From an uncultured Fibrobacterota bacterium (GTDB taxonomy: Bacteria; Fibrobacterota; Chitinivibrionia; Chitinivibrionales; FEN-1185): a DNA stretch of 64,000 nucleotides. Positions 20,029 through 29,525 of this stretch are shown one piece after another. Numbering within the stretch: the stretch's first letter is position 1; each line of letters starts with the position of its first letter. The stretch covers positions 128,001 to 192,000 of the forward strand of contig CAVSQB010000009.1 of the NCBI GenBank assembly GCA_963729895.1, given 5' to 3'. A program made the translations under genes and the position numbers. The notes beneath the pieces are model-generated. The model did no database searches. It was not told the DNA's origin and worked only from the letters and a program-made list of their open reading frames with translations.

Positions 20029-21333
20029 TCACTTCACTTTGTCTTGGGCATCGCTCCGGCCCGATTGCCAGAACTCGTGGAAATTAAACCTGGACATAAA
20101 GAGCACGCGCACATCCTTCTTGTAATAATCGTTTACCAGATATTCCACCTGCGGTTCAAGAACCAGACTTACCACCGGCGTGAACCACGGCACTGTCCAC
20201 CTGCCATAGGCGTATGCGGTGTAGGCATTGCTCCAATCCGGTTGAAGAAGGGTCTTGTACCGGTCGAACTGGAACGCGGCCCCGACATCGCCTATCCGTG
20301 CGTAGGTTAATGTATACCCAGGCACGATTTCGTAGGTGGTTCCGTGAACGCCCGTGTTGGCGCACAGCCGCAACGAGGCGCCTTTCGCCAGAATGTTGCA
20401 ACTCGCCAGATGATCGATCCCTTCCCCGAACGACCGCAGCGAATAGTTGCCCTGCAGTGAGATGTCGCTGGCCGCGTACAGGCCCAGCAGCATGCCGCCT
20501 TCGTTGTATTTGTTAAGAAACAGGCGTTCGTAGTAGTTCACCGAATCTATCTGCTCCGACTGCCCGGCAACGTGCAGTCCGAACCGGAGAAAATCACATT
20601 TGACAAGACTTGCCTGCAGAAAATAGTCGTCCATGGAACGCGCCGCAAGGTCGTACCGAGCATGGCCTTTGATATCGACGCTATGCGCCACATCGGATCG
20701 AATGCTGACTGCCGCGTGATAGTGCCGCTGGTCCGCGTCTTCTTTGTCTGATGCGAGGCCGATACCGAGTTCGGTTCCCCGCATTATGCGCGCGATTCCG
20801 TACAACCCGGCTTCAACCCTCCTGGGGTCGATGCTTACGATACTGTCAGTATAGCGCGACGGCGCGGCCGTGCCGGCAAAGGCGGCGAGCGACAGTACCT
20901 TGCCCGCATCGTAATTCATGGCGAGACCGTCCAGATATCCGGCGTCCCTGGCGAAACTGTTGACAAACTGCCTGCCGAGGCTGATGCCGATGCCCGATGC
21001 CTCCGGGGCCCAGTCGAGGCTGGTGGAGCGGATTTCGTACTGCGTGGGCATTCCCGTTGTCTTGTCGTTTGTCACGCTCACGTCCGACGAAAACGAAAGC
21101 GGCACGTCTCCCGGATTCCGTACCGCGAGATTGAGATCTTCGTAGAAGTTGTCTCGAACGGAAGTGGTATCGAACTTATCGCTGCGGCCGTAGTACGTAT
21201 TACCCTCGTACAGATCAAGCGACAGCGCGAACGCTCCGGAAAAGAGCAGCAGGCACATTCCGCACGCCGCGTGATGGTTCGGCGCGGTGCCGCGCGCGTT
21301 CCCGCTCCCTGCGGCCAGGCGAGGCTTCAACAT
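20029..21333 (-). CDS. Putative outer-membrane beta-barrel (porin of a porin-cytochrome unit)
   Basis: 434 aa, signal-like segment, amphipathic strands, LGRQF....DG motif, no heme motifs, directly upstream of two multiheme cytochromes. Confidence 0.65.
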   Translation of the reverse strand: MLKPRLAAGSGNARGTAPNHHAACGMCLLLFSGAFALSLDLYEGNTYYGRSDKFDTTSVRDNFYEDLNLAVRNPGDVPLSFSSDVSVTNDKTTGMPTQYEIRSTSLDWAPEASGIGISLGRQFVNSFARDAGYLDGLAMNYDAGKVLSLAAFAGTAAPSRYTDSIVSIDPRRVEAGLYGIARIMRGTELGIGLASDKEDADQRHYHAAVSIRSDVAHSVDIKGHARYDLAARSMDDYFLQASLVKCDFLRFGLHVAGQSEQIDSVNYYERLFLNKYNEGGMLLGLYAASDISLQGNYSLRSFGEGIDHLASCNILAKGASLRLCANTGVHGTTYEIVPGYTLTYARIGDVGAAFQFDRYKTLLQPDWSNAYTAYAYGRWTVPWFTPVVSLVLEPQVEYLVNDYYKKDVRVLFMSRFNFHEFWQSGRSDAQDKVK

Positions 21334-22895
21334 ACCCTGAACCTCGCCAGTTCGCGGCCCGCCTTCACGCTGTGAATGGCACAGGCCAGGCAGGGATCAA
21401 AAGTCCGCACGATTCTTGCGGCTTCCATCGGGTTCTTCTCGTCAGAAACCGGCACGCCCGCGAGCGCCTGCTCCATGGGACCTGCGATACCGCTGTCGTC
21501 ACGCGGGGACGCGTTCCACGTGGTAGGCACGATGCACTGATACCGGTCTATTTTTCCTTTCTTTACCGAGATCCAATGACCCAGCGCGCCCCTGGGAGCT
21601 TCGCCCAGGCCGACCCCTTCCCCGGTTTCCGGTATTGCACATTCGGTCCGCGGTTTCTGGCCGACTTCAACCTGCTCAAGCCAGCCCGCAATCTTCTTGC
21701 ACAGAAGCTTGCTTTCTATGGCCCTGGCAGCGTGGCGCCCTATTGCAGACTGCAATTGCGCAAGCGTAAGGCCGGCGGCGGCCATTACCATGTCCACTTC
21801 CTTCTTTATGTCGGCATTGCCTGCACTGTATCCAACCATGATTCGCGCCAGCGGGCCCACTTCCATGGGTTTGCCGCCGTACCGAGGAGCCTTGATCCAT
21901 GTATACGCGCCCTGCTTGTCCGGCTGAGGCTCGGTCTGGCCCTGCGACGGGTGCAGGTTCGAGGGCGAAGAGTAGCGTGAATGCAGCACCTGTTCGGTGA
22001 TCTTCGACGGATCGAAGGCCTGCCGCTTCCCGGCCGAAACGATGCCCGGCGGGAAATAAAGGTCGCCCGGTTCCGGGCCGTCGGGGAATTCGCCATAAGC
22101 AAGAAAATCACCGAACTTCCCTATCTCCGCATAGCCCGGCAGCGTTTTTGCCAAGGCCACCACGTCGGGAGCATACGCCGTATGTACAAAGTTGCTGATC
22201 TCCGACAGAATCGCTCCCGCCCGTTCGACTGCCTCTTTGTCAGGGGTCTTTGCAATGCCGCCCGCAACAAGCCCGATGGCATGCGGCACCCGCCCGGCGA
22301 AAAGCGCTACCAGCCGGTGCGCCTTCATGCGGATATCGAGCCCCTGTACATAATGAGCAATTGCCGCGATATTGAATTCGGCGTCCTTGATGTAGAAGCC
22401 TTCCCCGGTGTAGCGCGGCAGGAAGGGAGCGCAGGCTGTCAGAGCATCGACGCCTGCTTTTTTTCCCGCGAGCTCGCTTTTCGCCCACGCCTTGAGGTAG
22501 TTGAGTTTTCCGTCGTTGCCGGAATACGTGAGGATCGCGGTGATGTCCACAAAGTCAAGCGCGGCAAGATGGTAGAAATGCAGGATGTGCGATTGCAAAT
22601 AGTTCGACGCGAGGGCCAGGTTGCGGAGCAGCCTGCCGTTCTTGTTCGGCGTTGCGCCGCATGCGTTTTCCACACACCGGGACGATTCTATGCCGTGGGA
22701 AATGGGACACACGCCGCATATCCGCTGCGCGATCTGCACCGCGTCAAACGGGTTTCTTCCGATGAGGATCTGTTCGAAGCCGCGGAACATGTCACCGCGC
22801 ACCCGCGCGGACTTGACTACGCCCGCGTCAAGGTCAAGCTCGATGGACAGGTGGCCTTCGATGCGGGAAATGGGATCTATGACGATTTTTGACAT
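21327..22895 (-). CDS. [NiFe]-hydrogenase large subunit (group 1)
   Basis: DPISRIEGH, RGFE, L1 RICGVC, EAPRGALGHW, L2 DPCLACAIH plus a cleavable C-terminal extension. Confidence 0.95.
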   Translation of the reverse strand: MSKIVIDPISRIEGHLSIELDLDAGVVKSARVRGDMFRGFEQILIGRNPFDAVQIAQRICGVCPISHGIESSRCVENACGATPNKNGRLLRNLALASNYLQSHILHFYHLAALDFVDITAILTYSGNDGKLNYLKAWAKSELAGKKAGVDALTACAPFLPRYTGEGFYIKDAEFNIAAIAHYVQGLDIRMKAHRLVALFAGRVPHAIGLVAGGIAKTPDKEAVERAGAILSEISNFVHTAYAPDVVALAKTLPGYAEIGKFGDFLAYGEFPDGPEPGDLYFPPGIVSAGKRQAFDPSKITEQVLHSRYSSPSNLHPSQGQTEPQPDKQGAYTWIKAPRYGGKPMEVGPLARIMVGYSAGNADIKKEVDMVMAAAGLTLAQLQSAIGRHAARAIESKLLCKKIAGWLEQVEVGQKPRTECAIPETGEGVGLGEAPRGALGHWISVKKGKIDRYQCIVPTTWNASPRDDSGIAGPMEQALAGVPVSDEKNPMEAARIVRTFDPCLACAIHSVKAGRELARFRVC

Positions 22896-22943
22896 AGTAT
22901 TCAATAGTAACTTTTAACTGTCAACTGTTAACTTCAAACTCTT

Positions 22944-23858
22944 TTATGCTTTCTTCATCGGAAACAGCCCCCGTATCCCGGTGTCCGGAAACACGGGCTC
23001 CGTGCAGCCGATGCAGCCTCCGCCGCACCCGGTGCACGAATTCACGCCCAGCCATTTGCGCACAGGAATATCGCAGTTTGAATCGATGCCCAGGCACCCA
23101 ATTTTGTACAGGCACCCTTTGTCGCCCCAGAAGCGCGCGAACAGGTCGTTCCGGTACTCCTGCAGGTGCTCGCATTTGTCATGGACAGTGTTCATGTAAT
23201 ACAACAACGGCCGGCCATACGCGTCGAGTTTGAGCCTTTTGCCCATAATCAGATGCACGAGGCTACCGATGATCCAATCCGGGTGCGCCGGGCAGCCGGG
23301 AATATTGATCTGCTTTGCATTGGGCAATACACTCCACACCGACGCTGCTCCGGTCGGGTTTTCGCCGCCCGTACGGAGGCGCGCCCCCGGAATGCAGCCG
23401 TACGTGGCGCACGTGCCCACGGCAACGACCGCCTTTGCATTCCTGGCAAGCAACGTCACCCACTCCTGCACGCCGCGCGGTTTTCCTTCCACTTCCCCGA
23501 TGGTGCAGAACGCCTCCGACTTCTGCGGTATGGAGCCTTCCACCACCAGGATGTAGTCCTTCTTGCCTTCGTCAAGTGTTTTCAAAAGAACATTGATTGC
23601 GGTGTCGCCGGTTGCGGTAGAAAGGGTCTGGTGAAAATGCAGGCTGATATGATTGGTAAGCAACGTCGCGATGTCCGGATCGCCGGCATTGAGAAGCGAT
23701 ACGGAGTCGCCCGAACAGCTCTGGCCCTGGAGCCAGATCACGGCGGTGCGCGACGACGCTTTGCCCAGCGTGAGCTTTGTCCCGGCGAGGAGTACCTCGG
23801 GGAAAGTCAGAAACGCGGTTGCGCCGCCGACGATCCGGATGAATTCCCTTCTGTTCAC
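22944..23858 (-). CDS. [NiFe]-hydrogenase small subunit, Tat-exported, no membrane anchor
   Basis: MNRREFIR Tat motif, WLQGQSCSGDS, GTCATYG, IPGCPAHP, HDKC, GCLYKIGC, CIGCTEP. Confidence 0.95.
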   Translation of the reverse strand: MNRREFIRIVGGATAFLTFPEVLLAGTKLTLGKASSRTAVIWLQGQSCSGDSVSLLNAGDPDIATLLTNHISLHFHQTLSTATGDTAINVLLKTLDEGKKDYILVVEGSIPQKSEAFCTIGEVEGKPRGVQEWVTLLARNAKAVVAVGTCATYGCIPGARLRTGGENPTGAASVWSVLPNAKQINIPGCPAHPDWIIGSLVHLIMGKRLKLDAYGRPLLYYMNTVHDKCEHLQEYRNDLFARFWGDKGCLYKIGCLGIDSNCDIPVRKWLGVNSCTGCGGGCIGCTEPVFPDTGIRGLFPMKKA

Positions 23859-24361
23859 TGCTGTTGCACGTCTCCGCCTGATGTCGTTGCAGACTTAGCC
23901 ATCTGATACTCGGCGACCGTTTGCCGTACCAGCCCTACGACTTTGGGGACAGCGGCCAGCACCGCTCTCGTCGGCACCATGCCCATTGTCACGACATCCT
24001 GAGGCACAACGCCGATGATCTCCACTTCGGGCCGCTCGCCCAGAAGGGACAGGGCCTCCAGCGCCTCGATAATACTTGCCTCATGCAAAGAAACCGCATG
24101 GGGGACCGATGAAGCCAGACGCCGCGCATCGAACCTGAAAATGCTGCCCGGTTCTTCGCTCGCTTCAAGCGCGTCCACAACGATCACCCGCTCTCGTCCC
24201 TGCATCATTGCAGGAAGATCAAGCCCGCACGATGCCGCGTCTATCGCCTCCACCCAGTCGGGCAAATTTTCCGAGTCGGTGAGCTGGTTAACCGCATGAA
24301 TCCCCACGCCGTCGTCCGTGCGGAGAAGGTTTCCTATTCCAAGGATGAGGAAAGGTTTCAT
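23855..24361 (-). CDS. Hydrogenase maturation protease (HyaD/HybD family)
   Basis: ILGIGNLLRTDDGVGIH, IVVDA, SLHE. Confidence 0.95.
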   Translation of the reverse strand: MKPFLILGIGNLLRTDDGVGIHAVNQLTDSENLPDWVEAIDAASCGLDLPAMMQGRERVIVVDALEASEEPGSIFRFDARRLASSVPHAVSLHEASIIEALEALSLLGERPEVEIIGVVPQDVVTMGMVPTRAVLAAVPKVVGLVRQTVAEYQMAKSATTSGGDVQQQ

Positions 24362-24596
24362 TGCAATTCACCCTATGATAAAATATTTCGCCGAGAAAGA
24401 GTTGCCAATTCTTTTTTCTTCCTCGCGGTAAGCGATATCTTGTTTTGCAATAGGGTATTAGAGAACTATTTCACATGGAGCGTCTTGTCCGGGATCATCA
24501 CGGATGTCGCCCCTCCGGCGCCATAGAAACCCGGCGCCACCGGCAGGCAGGTGTCCGGTGTTTTCCGCGGAGACTCTTTTGAAAGCCATCTCGTCC

Positions 24597-25694
24597 CTAC
24601 CTCTGCACGCGCGCGCTTCCGCCCTTCATGATCTTTTCCACTTCCTTGAGTGATGCGGTTGAGGTATCACCCGGCGTGGTCATGGCGTGCGCGCCATGGG
24701 CCGCACCGCAGTCCACGCAGTACTGCGGATCCTTGGCCGCGAGGAACCCGTAGATACAGCCCGAGGCAAAGCTGTCGCCGCCGCCCACACGGTCGCAAAT
24801 AGCAAGGTCGCAATAATTCCGTGACTCGTAGAATTTTCCGTCGCAGAAGAGTACGGCCGCCCAGTCGTTTATCGACGCGGTCTTTGCGTCACGCAGCGTG
24901 GTGGCCACGGCCTTGAAATTCGGATAGGCCTTGACCGCCTTTTCGATCATCCTCTTGAAGCTGGCTGTGTTGAGCCCGCTCAGATTTTCATCAACGCCCT
25001 CTACCTCAAACCCGAGTGCGGCGGTAAAGTCTTCCTCATTGCCGATCATGACATCCACGTAGTGTGCAATCTCCCGGTTGACTTCCTGCGACTTGGCCCT
25101 GCCGCCGATCGATTTCCACAGGGATTCTCGATAGTTAAGGTCGTAACTGATCACGGTGCCGCAGGCCTTTGCCGCTTTCATGGCCTCTATCACCACATCG
25201 GCCGTGGTGGCCGACAACGCCGCAAAAATGCCGCCGCAGTGGAACCAGCGGCTGCCCTCGTCCTTGAACAATTTGTTCCAGTCGACATCGCCCACTTTCA
25301 TCTGTGAAGCGGCCGAGTTGCCGCGGTCCGACACACCGAGCGCGGCTCGCACCCCGAACCCCCGCTCCGTAAAGTTAAGCCCCACGCGAACGTTGCGACC
25401 GATGCCGTCGAACGGCACCCAGGCAATGTGCGACGGATCAACGCCGCCCTGAAACACCAGATCAAGCGCAAGCTGCCCAACGTCGTTTTCGGGAAGGGCG
25501 GTCACGATCGATGTGTTGAGCCCGAAGCAGCGCTTGAGGCCGCGCGCGACATTGTACTCGCCGCCGCCTTCCCACACCTTGAATTCCCGCGCGCACCTGA
25601 TGCGGCATTCGCCCGGGTCGAGCCGGAGCATGATTTCGCCCAGAGAGACTTGGTCCCATTTGCATTGCGATTTTGGTTTGATGGTGAGGGGCAT
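24597..25694 (-). CDS. kdgK: 2-keto-3-deoxygluconate kinase (PfkB family)
   Basis: LGEIMLRLDP, GGGEYNVA, SYDLNYRESLW, DRVGGGDSF; next to a KDPG aldolase. Confidence 0.85.
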   Translation of the reverse strand: MPLTIKPKSQCKWDQVSLGEIMLRLDPGECRIRCAREFKVWEGGGEYNVARGLKRCFGLNTSIVTALPENDVGQLALDLVFQGGVDPSHIAWVPFDGIGRNVRVGLNFTERGFGVRAALGVSDRGNSAASQMKVGDVDWNKLFKDEGSRWFHCGGIFAALSATTADVVIEAMKAAKACGTVISYDLNYRESLWKSIGGRAKSQEVNREIAHYVDVMIGNEEDFTAALGFEVEGVDENLSGLNTASFKRMIEKAVKAYPNFKAVATTLRDAKTASINDWAAVLFCDGKFYESRNYCDLAICDRVGGGDSFASGCIYGFLAAKDPQYCVDCGAAHGAHAMTTPGDTSTASLKEVEKIMKGGSARVQR

Positions 25695-25777
25695 GTAGGG
25701 GCTCCTGTTGATGAGTTGAGGCGTATATGCGTATATGGGTGTATGCGTTGATATGGTTGATTTACACTAGTAGTGTT

Positions 25778-25804
25778 GTCACTCCCGCGGAAAGCGGAAG
25801 TCCA
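25778..25804. repeat. REP-like palindromic element (GTCAYTCCCGCG..AGCGG.A.TCCA type)
   Basis: GTCACTCCCGCGGAAAGCGGAAGTCCA between eda and kdgK. Confidence 0.55.
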
Positions 25805-25834
25805 TCATTCACCACTATCGTCCGTATAGAGGGT

Positions 25835-26482
25835 CTATTTCTTGACCTCAGCCGCTTTGGCAATCTCTACTGCCCGTTTCGTAATGTCTGCTATCCGGTC
25901 GAAAGCCTTCGCATTGATAAGGTCGGCCTTGGCTATCCACGTCCCGCCGCAGCACAGCGTCTTTGCAAACGCAAGGTATGCGGAAAGGTTTCTTTCGTCT
26001 ATGCCGCCCGTGGGCACGAACCGCACCTTGCCGTACGGAGCGCTTATGGCCGTCAGCGTCTTGAGGCCGCCCATGGCCTCGGCGGGGAAGAACTTGAGCA
26101 CGTCTACGCCCAGGTCAAGCCCCATTTCTATTTCCGTGGGCGTGGCAACGCCGGGCGTAACCGGAATGCCGTTCTTCACGCAATACTCCACCACTGCGGG
26201 GTTGAACCCCGGAGCCACGATGAAAACCGCGCCGCAGTCAATGGCTTTTTTAACCGTCTCCACGTTGAGCACCGTTCCCGCGCCAACGAGCATGTCGCCC
26301 CGTGACGCCATTTTTCTTATCGCGTCAGCGGCCGCCGCGGTGCGGAAAGTAATTTCGGCACAGGGCAGGCCGCCCTTTACAAACGCCTCGGCAAGCGACG
26401 GCGCATCGCCGGCGTCATCAATCTTGACGACCGGGATCACCTTCATCTGTTCGAATTTCCCGAAGAGTTCTGTCTTGTCCAT
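25835..26482 (-). CDS. eda: KDPG/KHG aldolase
   Basis: AEITFRT, GAGTVL, PGVATPTE, LKFFPAE, FVPTGGI; ATG 26482 after an AGGAG RBS. Confidence 0.95.
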   Translation of the reverse strand: MDKTELFGKFEQMKVIPVVKIDDAGDAPSLAEAFVKGGLPCAEITFRTAAAADAIRKMASRGDMLVGAGTVLNVETVKKAIDCGAVFIVAPGFNPAVVEYCVKNGIPVTPGVATPTEIEMGLDLGVDVLKFFPAEAMGGLKTLTAISAPYGKVRFVPTGGIDERNLSAYLAFAKTLCCGGTWIAKADLINAKAFDRIADITKRAVEIAKAAEVKK

Positions 26483-26570
26483 GAAAGCTCCTTGCCGCGA
26501 ATGATAGTTGCCCTCAATGCCGTTGTCCTCTGATCCTCTGCCTTTCAATCGTCAATCTACCTTATCCAAT

Positions 26571-28571
26571 CTACAATTCTTCATAGATTTCCCCGCTCAG
26601 ATATGCATGCCACGCCGTCTCGAACCAGGCGTCAGGCTTGGGCAAAGGACGGCGCGGCACCCACCGGTGGGTGAACGTCGCGTTTTCGATCGACGCCACG
26701 TCGGTTTCCATTACCTTGTCCAGGAAATTCGCATCCTGCTCCGCGAACCGCCACTCGTCACCCAAGTCCTTGTGTGCAAGCGTTCCGCTCCTGTCGAGCA
26801 CCAGGGCCGACCCCCTGCTGCCGACGCCGCTGTCTACCGCGAACTTCACTGCGTCAAGATATGCCACGTGCGCAAAACACAATTGCAGGTTGCGGAGCGA
26901 TTCAACCGTGTCCCTGGGAGTCTTGCAGGCGCTGCCTTCCCGGGAAAGCCGCAGGTACTGGTTTCTCGCTTCCGCAAGCGCTTCGTTCAACATCTGCGCG
27001 CTACGGATATGTGCGCCTGCCCGCGTCATGCGTTCCTGGAATTCTTCGCGAGCCTGTCTCCACGGAGTCCCGGACGATTTCCCCTTCTCTATCCAGCCGA
27101 GCAGCGACCGGAGATTTTTCTTAGCCTCGCCGGCAGCGGAAGATTCCGAAAGATCGCTCCTTGCATACTTGTTTGCAATGCATTCCGCGGCGCGAAAGCC
27201 CGCCACCTGGCCGGAATTCAGCGCCGAGCCTCCTGGTCTGTAAACGCCGTGGGAGCCGTTCACCTCGCCCACGGGGAACAGGTGCTTTACATTAAGCGAT
27301 TCCCACCACAGGTTCCCGGCAAGCCCTCCGTTGTTGTGCTGGGCGCACACGGCAATCTCAAGCGGTTCCTTGGTGATATCAATGCCATGTTCCTTGTACA
27401 AATCAACGGCAGGTCGGTTCATTTTCTGCAAACGTTGGATGGGCGAATCGAAGAGGGCACCGGATTTGTCAAGATAGTCGTGCGCCTCCTTCGAGAGTCC
27501 GCCGCAATCAAACCCGTCGGGGTTCTTCCTATAGTCAAGGAAAACGCGACGTCCTTTGATGACGGTCTCGATGTAGACGAGAAGGTCGATAAGCGACGAA
27601 CCGCCAGCCACCTTGCGCGGGTCGAACGGCCATTGGTACCCTTTGAGAAACACCATGCTGTTCATGCGGCCCGCGTCGTCAAAAAACGGGCAAAGAAATT
27701 CCTTTTCATGTCCGGCGCCGTCGGACGCGGTGCTGATGAACCGAGGTATTGCCTGCATATAGGTGCCGGACACATTCCACCGGAACTTGACAGACGCCAT
27801 TCCATATTGCGATTCGGGAAGGCCCTGCGCCCGTGCACCGGCCCGGAGGGCAAGACCTATTCCTCCGGTGTGCGCCTTGGGATATACGCTTGTCGTGTAC
27901 AACCCGCCCGGGCCGCCAGCGGCAAAAACCACGTTGTCCGCAACGTACAGTTCGGGAGCGAAAGCGGGGCGCGTTGCCTCCTGGTTCACGACGATGGCCC
28001 CCGCGGCGCGTTGTGCGCCGCCTTCTTCCGTTGTCAATAACGATACCGCAACACGCCTCTCGCGCGTGGCAATCCCCCTGCGCCGCACTTCATTGATGAG
28101 GGCGCGGCACATCTCGCGCGACGTGTATGGTCCGGAGGAGGTCGCACGCTGACGCGGGTCGTGGTCGGTTTTGTACCCCACGTACTGACCGTATTTGTCG
28201 GACGGAAACTTGACGCCCAGATTGACAAGACTGAGAAATGCACGGGCGGACAGCGAGGCCTCCACGAGCGCGAGATCGCCGTGCATGCCGCCGTTTGCAA
28301 AGAACGACTCCGCAAGCGCCATGGGGGAATCGTCCTGGCTGCCGTACATCCCGAGCTTGTAATAGGTCTGCTTGTCGCTGCCCGTGTTGATGGATGTGCC
28401 CATGGAAAGCCCCTCGGTCACGATGCACACGTCGGTGATTCCGTTCGCGTGAAGCTGTACCGCGGCATTGAGCCCCGCCGCACCTGAGCCAATCACGAGT
28501 GTGTGAACGCGGACGTAGGGAACGGAAAGCTTTTTACCGGCATGTCTGACAACAAGTTTCTTGATTTTCAT
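26571..28571 (-). CDS. FAD-binding oxidoreductase (Sdh/Frd flavoprotein superfamily, FAD_binding_2)
   Basis: VIGSGAAG, GTSINTGSDKQTYY, FAAGGPG, CAQHNNGGL, GEVNGSHGVYRPGGSALNSG. Confidence 0.8.
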   Translation of the reverse strand: MKIKKLVVRHAGKKLSVPYVRVHTLVIGSGAAGLNAAVQLHANGITDVCIVTEGLSMGTSINTGSDKQTYYKLGMYGSQDDSPMALAESFFANGGMHGDLALVEASLSARAFLSLVNLGVKFPSDKYGQYVGYKTDHDPRQRATSSGPYTSREMCRALINEVRRRGIATRERRVAVSLLTTEEGGAQRAAGAIVVNQEATRPAFAPELYVADNVVFAAGGPGGLYTTSVYPKAHTGGIGLALRAGARAQGLPESQYGMASVKFRWNVSGTYMQAIPRFISTASDGAGHEKEFLCPFFDDAGRMNSMVFLKGYQWPFDPRKVAGGSSLIDLLVYIETVIKGRRVFLDYRKNPDGFDCGGLSKEAHDYLDKSGALFDSPIQRLQKMNRPAVDLYKEHGIDITKEPLEIAVCAQHNNGGLAGNLWWESLNVKHLFPVGEVNGSHGVYRPGGSALNSGQVAGFRAAECIANKYARSDLSESSAAGEAKKNLRSLLGWIEKGKSSGTPWRQAREEFQERMTRAGAHIRSAQMLNEALAEARNQYLRLSREGSACKTPRDTVESLRNLQLCFAHVAYLDAVKFAVDSGVGSRGSALVLDRSGTLAHKDLGDEWRFAEQDANFLDKVMETDVASIENATFTHRWVPRRPLPKPDAWFETAWHAYLSGEIYEEL

Positions 28572-28640
28572 ATGACAATTTCCTACGACAGAATTGCCAA
28601 GTAGTTTTCCGGGAAACCTTGACTTGTTATTCCCTTTCGA

Positions 28641-28670
28641 CCTCACCCCCTCTCCCATAGGGAGAGGGGG
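28641..28670. repeat. REP-like hairpin (CCTCACCCCCTCTCCC...GGGAGAGGGGG type)
   Basis: CCCCCTCTCCC-ATA-GGGAGAGGGGG, 11-bp perfect stem, intergenic. Confidence 0.6.
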
Positions 28671-28708
28671 ATTGGAAGACAAACAGGGAAGCAATTGATC
28701 CGACTATA

Positions 28709-28734
28709 GACTGCCTCGCTGCGCTCGCAATGAC
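28709..28734. repeat. REP-like element (GAYTGC.TCGCTGCGCTCGCAATGAC type)
   Basis: GACTGCCTCGCTGCGCTCGCAATGAC in the same intergenic gap. Confidence 0.55.
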
Positions 28735-28754
28735 ATCTACAATTCGCATTATTC

Positions 28755-29525
28755 TTACAATCTTGATATCGAAAATCCCCCATCCACATTCACCACCTGC
28801 CCTGTCGAATACCCGATGTCTCCACGAGCCATCATAGCTGCCGTCTTTGCAATATCCTCGGGCAGGCCCCAGCGTTTCTGCAGGAGAATGCCCTCGGCAA
28901 TGAGTTTGTCGTATCTCTCCTTTACAACAGAAGTCATATCAGTCATGATGATGCCGGGCCTTATTTCGTACACGGGAATCTCCACCTGGGCAAGGCGTAC
29001 GGCCCAGAGTTTTGTCGCCATGCTGACGCCTGCCTTGGAAATGCAGTACTCGCCCCTGCTGATGGATGCGGTTTCCGCGGATGTCGATGAAATGTTGATG
29101 ATGCACCCGCTCCACGAAAGGTTGCGGTTCTTCTGCTCTATGAGGTACCGCGCAACAAGCTGCGTCAGAAAATACGGGCCCTGCAGGTTTATTTTCATTA
29201 CGCGCTCGTAGCTCTCCTCGGATGCGTCCAAAATATCGGTGCGGACCTTGGGAGCAACGCCTGCGTTGTTGACAAGAACGTTAAGGCCGCCAAGGGTCGT
29301 TTTCACCGCGTCAAGTGCAGCCTGCCGGTCTGCCGGGTTACTCACGTCGCCTTTGCAATACAGCACCTTTGCACCCAAATCTTCGAGCGCATCCATGTTT
29401 TGGGCCACATCGTCCTGCAAAAGCACGTCGAACACAGCCACGTCGTATCCTTCTTTTGCGAACTGCTGCGCAATGGCATATCCGATGCCGCGCCCTGCAC
29501 CCGTAACCATGGCCGTTTTCTTCAT
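28755..29525 (-). CDS. Short-chain dehydrogenase/reductase
   Basis: TGAGRGIG, NNAG, YCISK catalytic YxxxK, VDGG. Confidence 0.9.
   Translation of the reverse strand: MKKTAMVTGAGRGIGYAIAQQFAKEGYDVAVFDVLLQDDVAQNMDALEDLGAKVLYCKGDVSNPADRQAALDAVKTTLGGLNVLVNNAGVAPKVRTDILDASEESYERVMKINLQGPYFLTQLVARYLIEQKNRNLSWSGCIINISSTSAETASISRGEYCISKAGVSMATKLWAVRLAQVEIPVYEIRPGIIMTDMTSVVKERYDKLIAEGILLQKRWGLPEDIAKTAAMMARGDIGYSTGQVVNVDGGFSISRL

Noticed and set aside
21327..22895. [NiFeSe] hydrogenase
   Set aside because: L2 is DPCLAC with a normal Cys codon and no in-frame TGA.
26508..28040. 510-aa plus-strand ORF
   Set aside because: Antisense shadow of the flavoprotein gene in GC-rich DNA; no motifs.
26571..28571. 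True succinate dehydrogenase/fumarate reductase (sdhA/frdA)
   Set aside because: No Fe-S or membrane subunits nearby and no covalent-FAD SHT motif.
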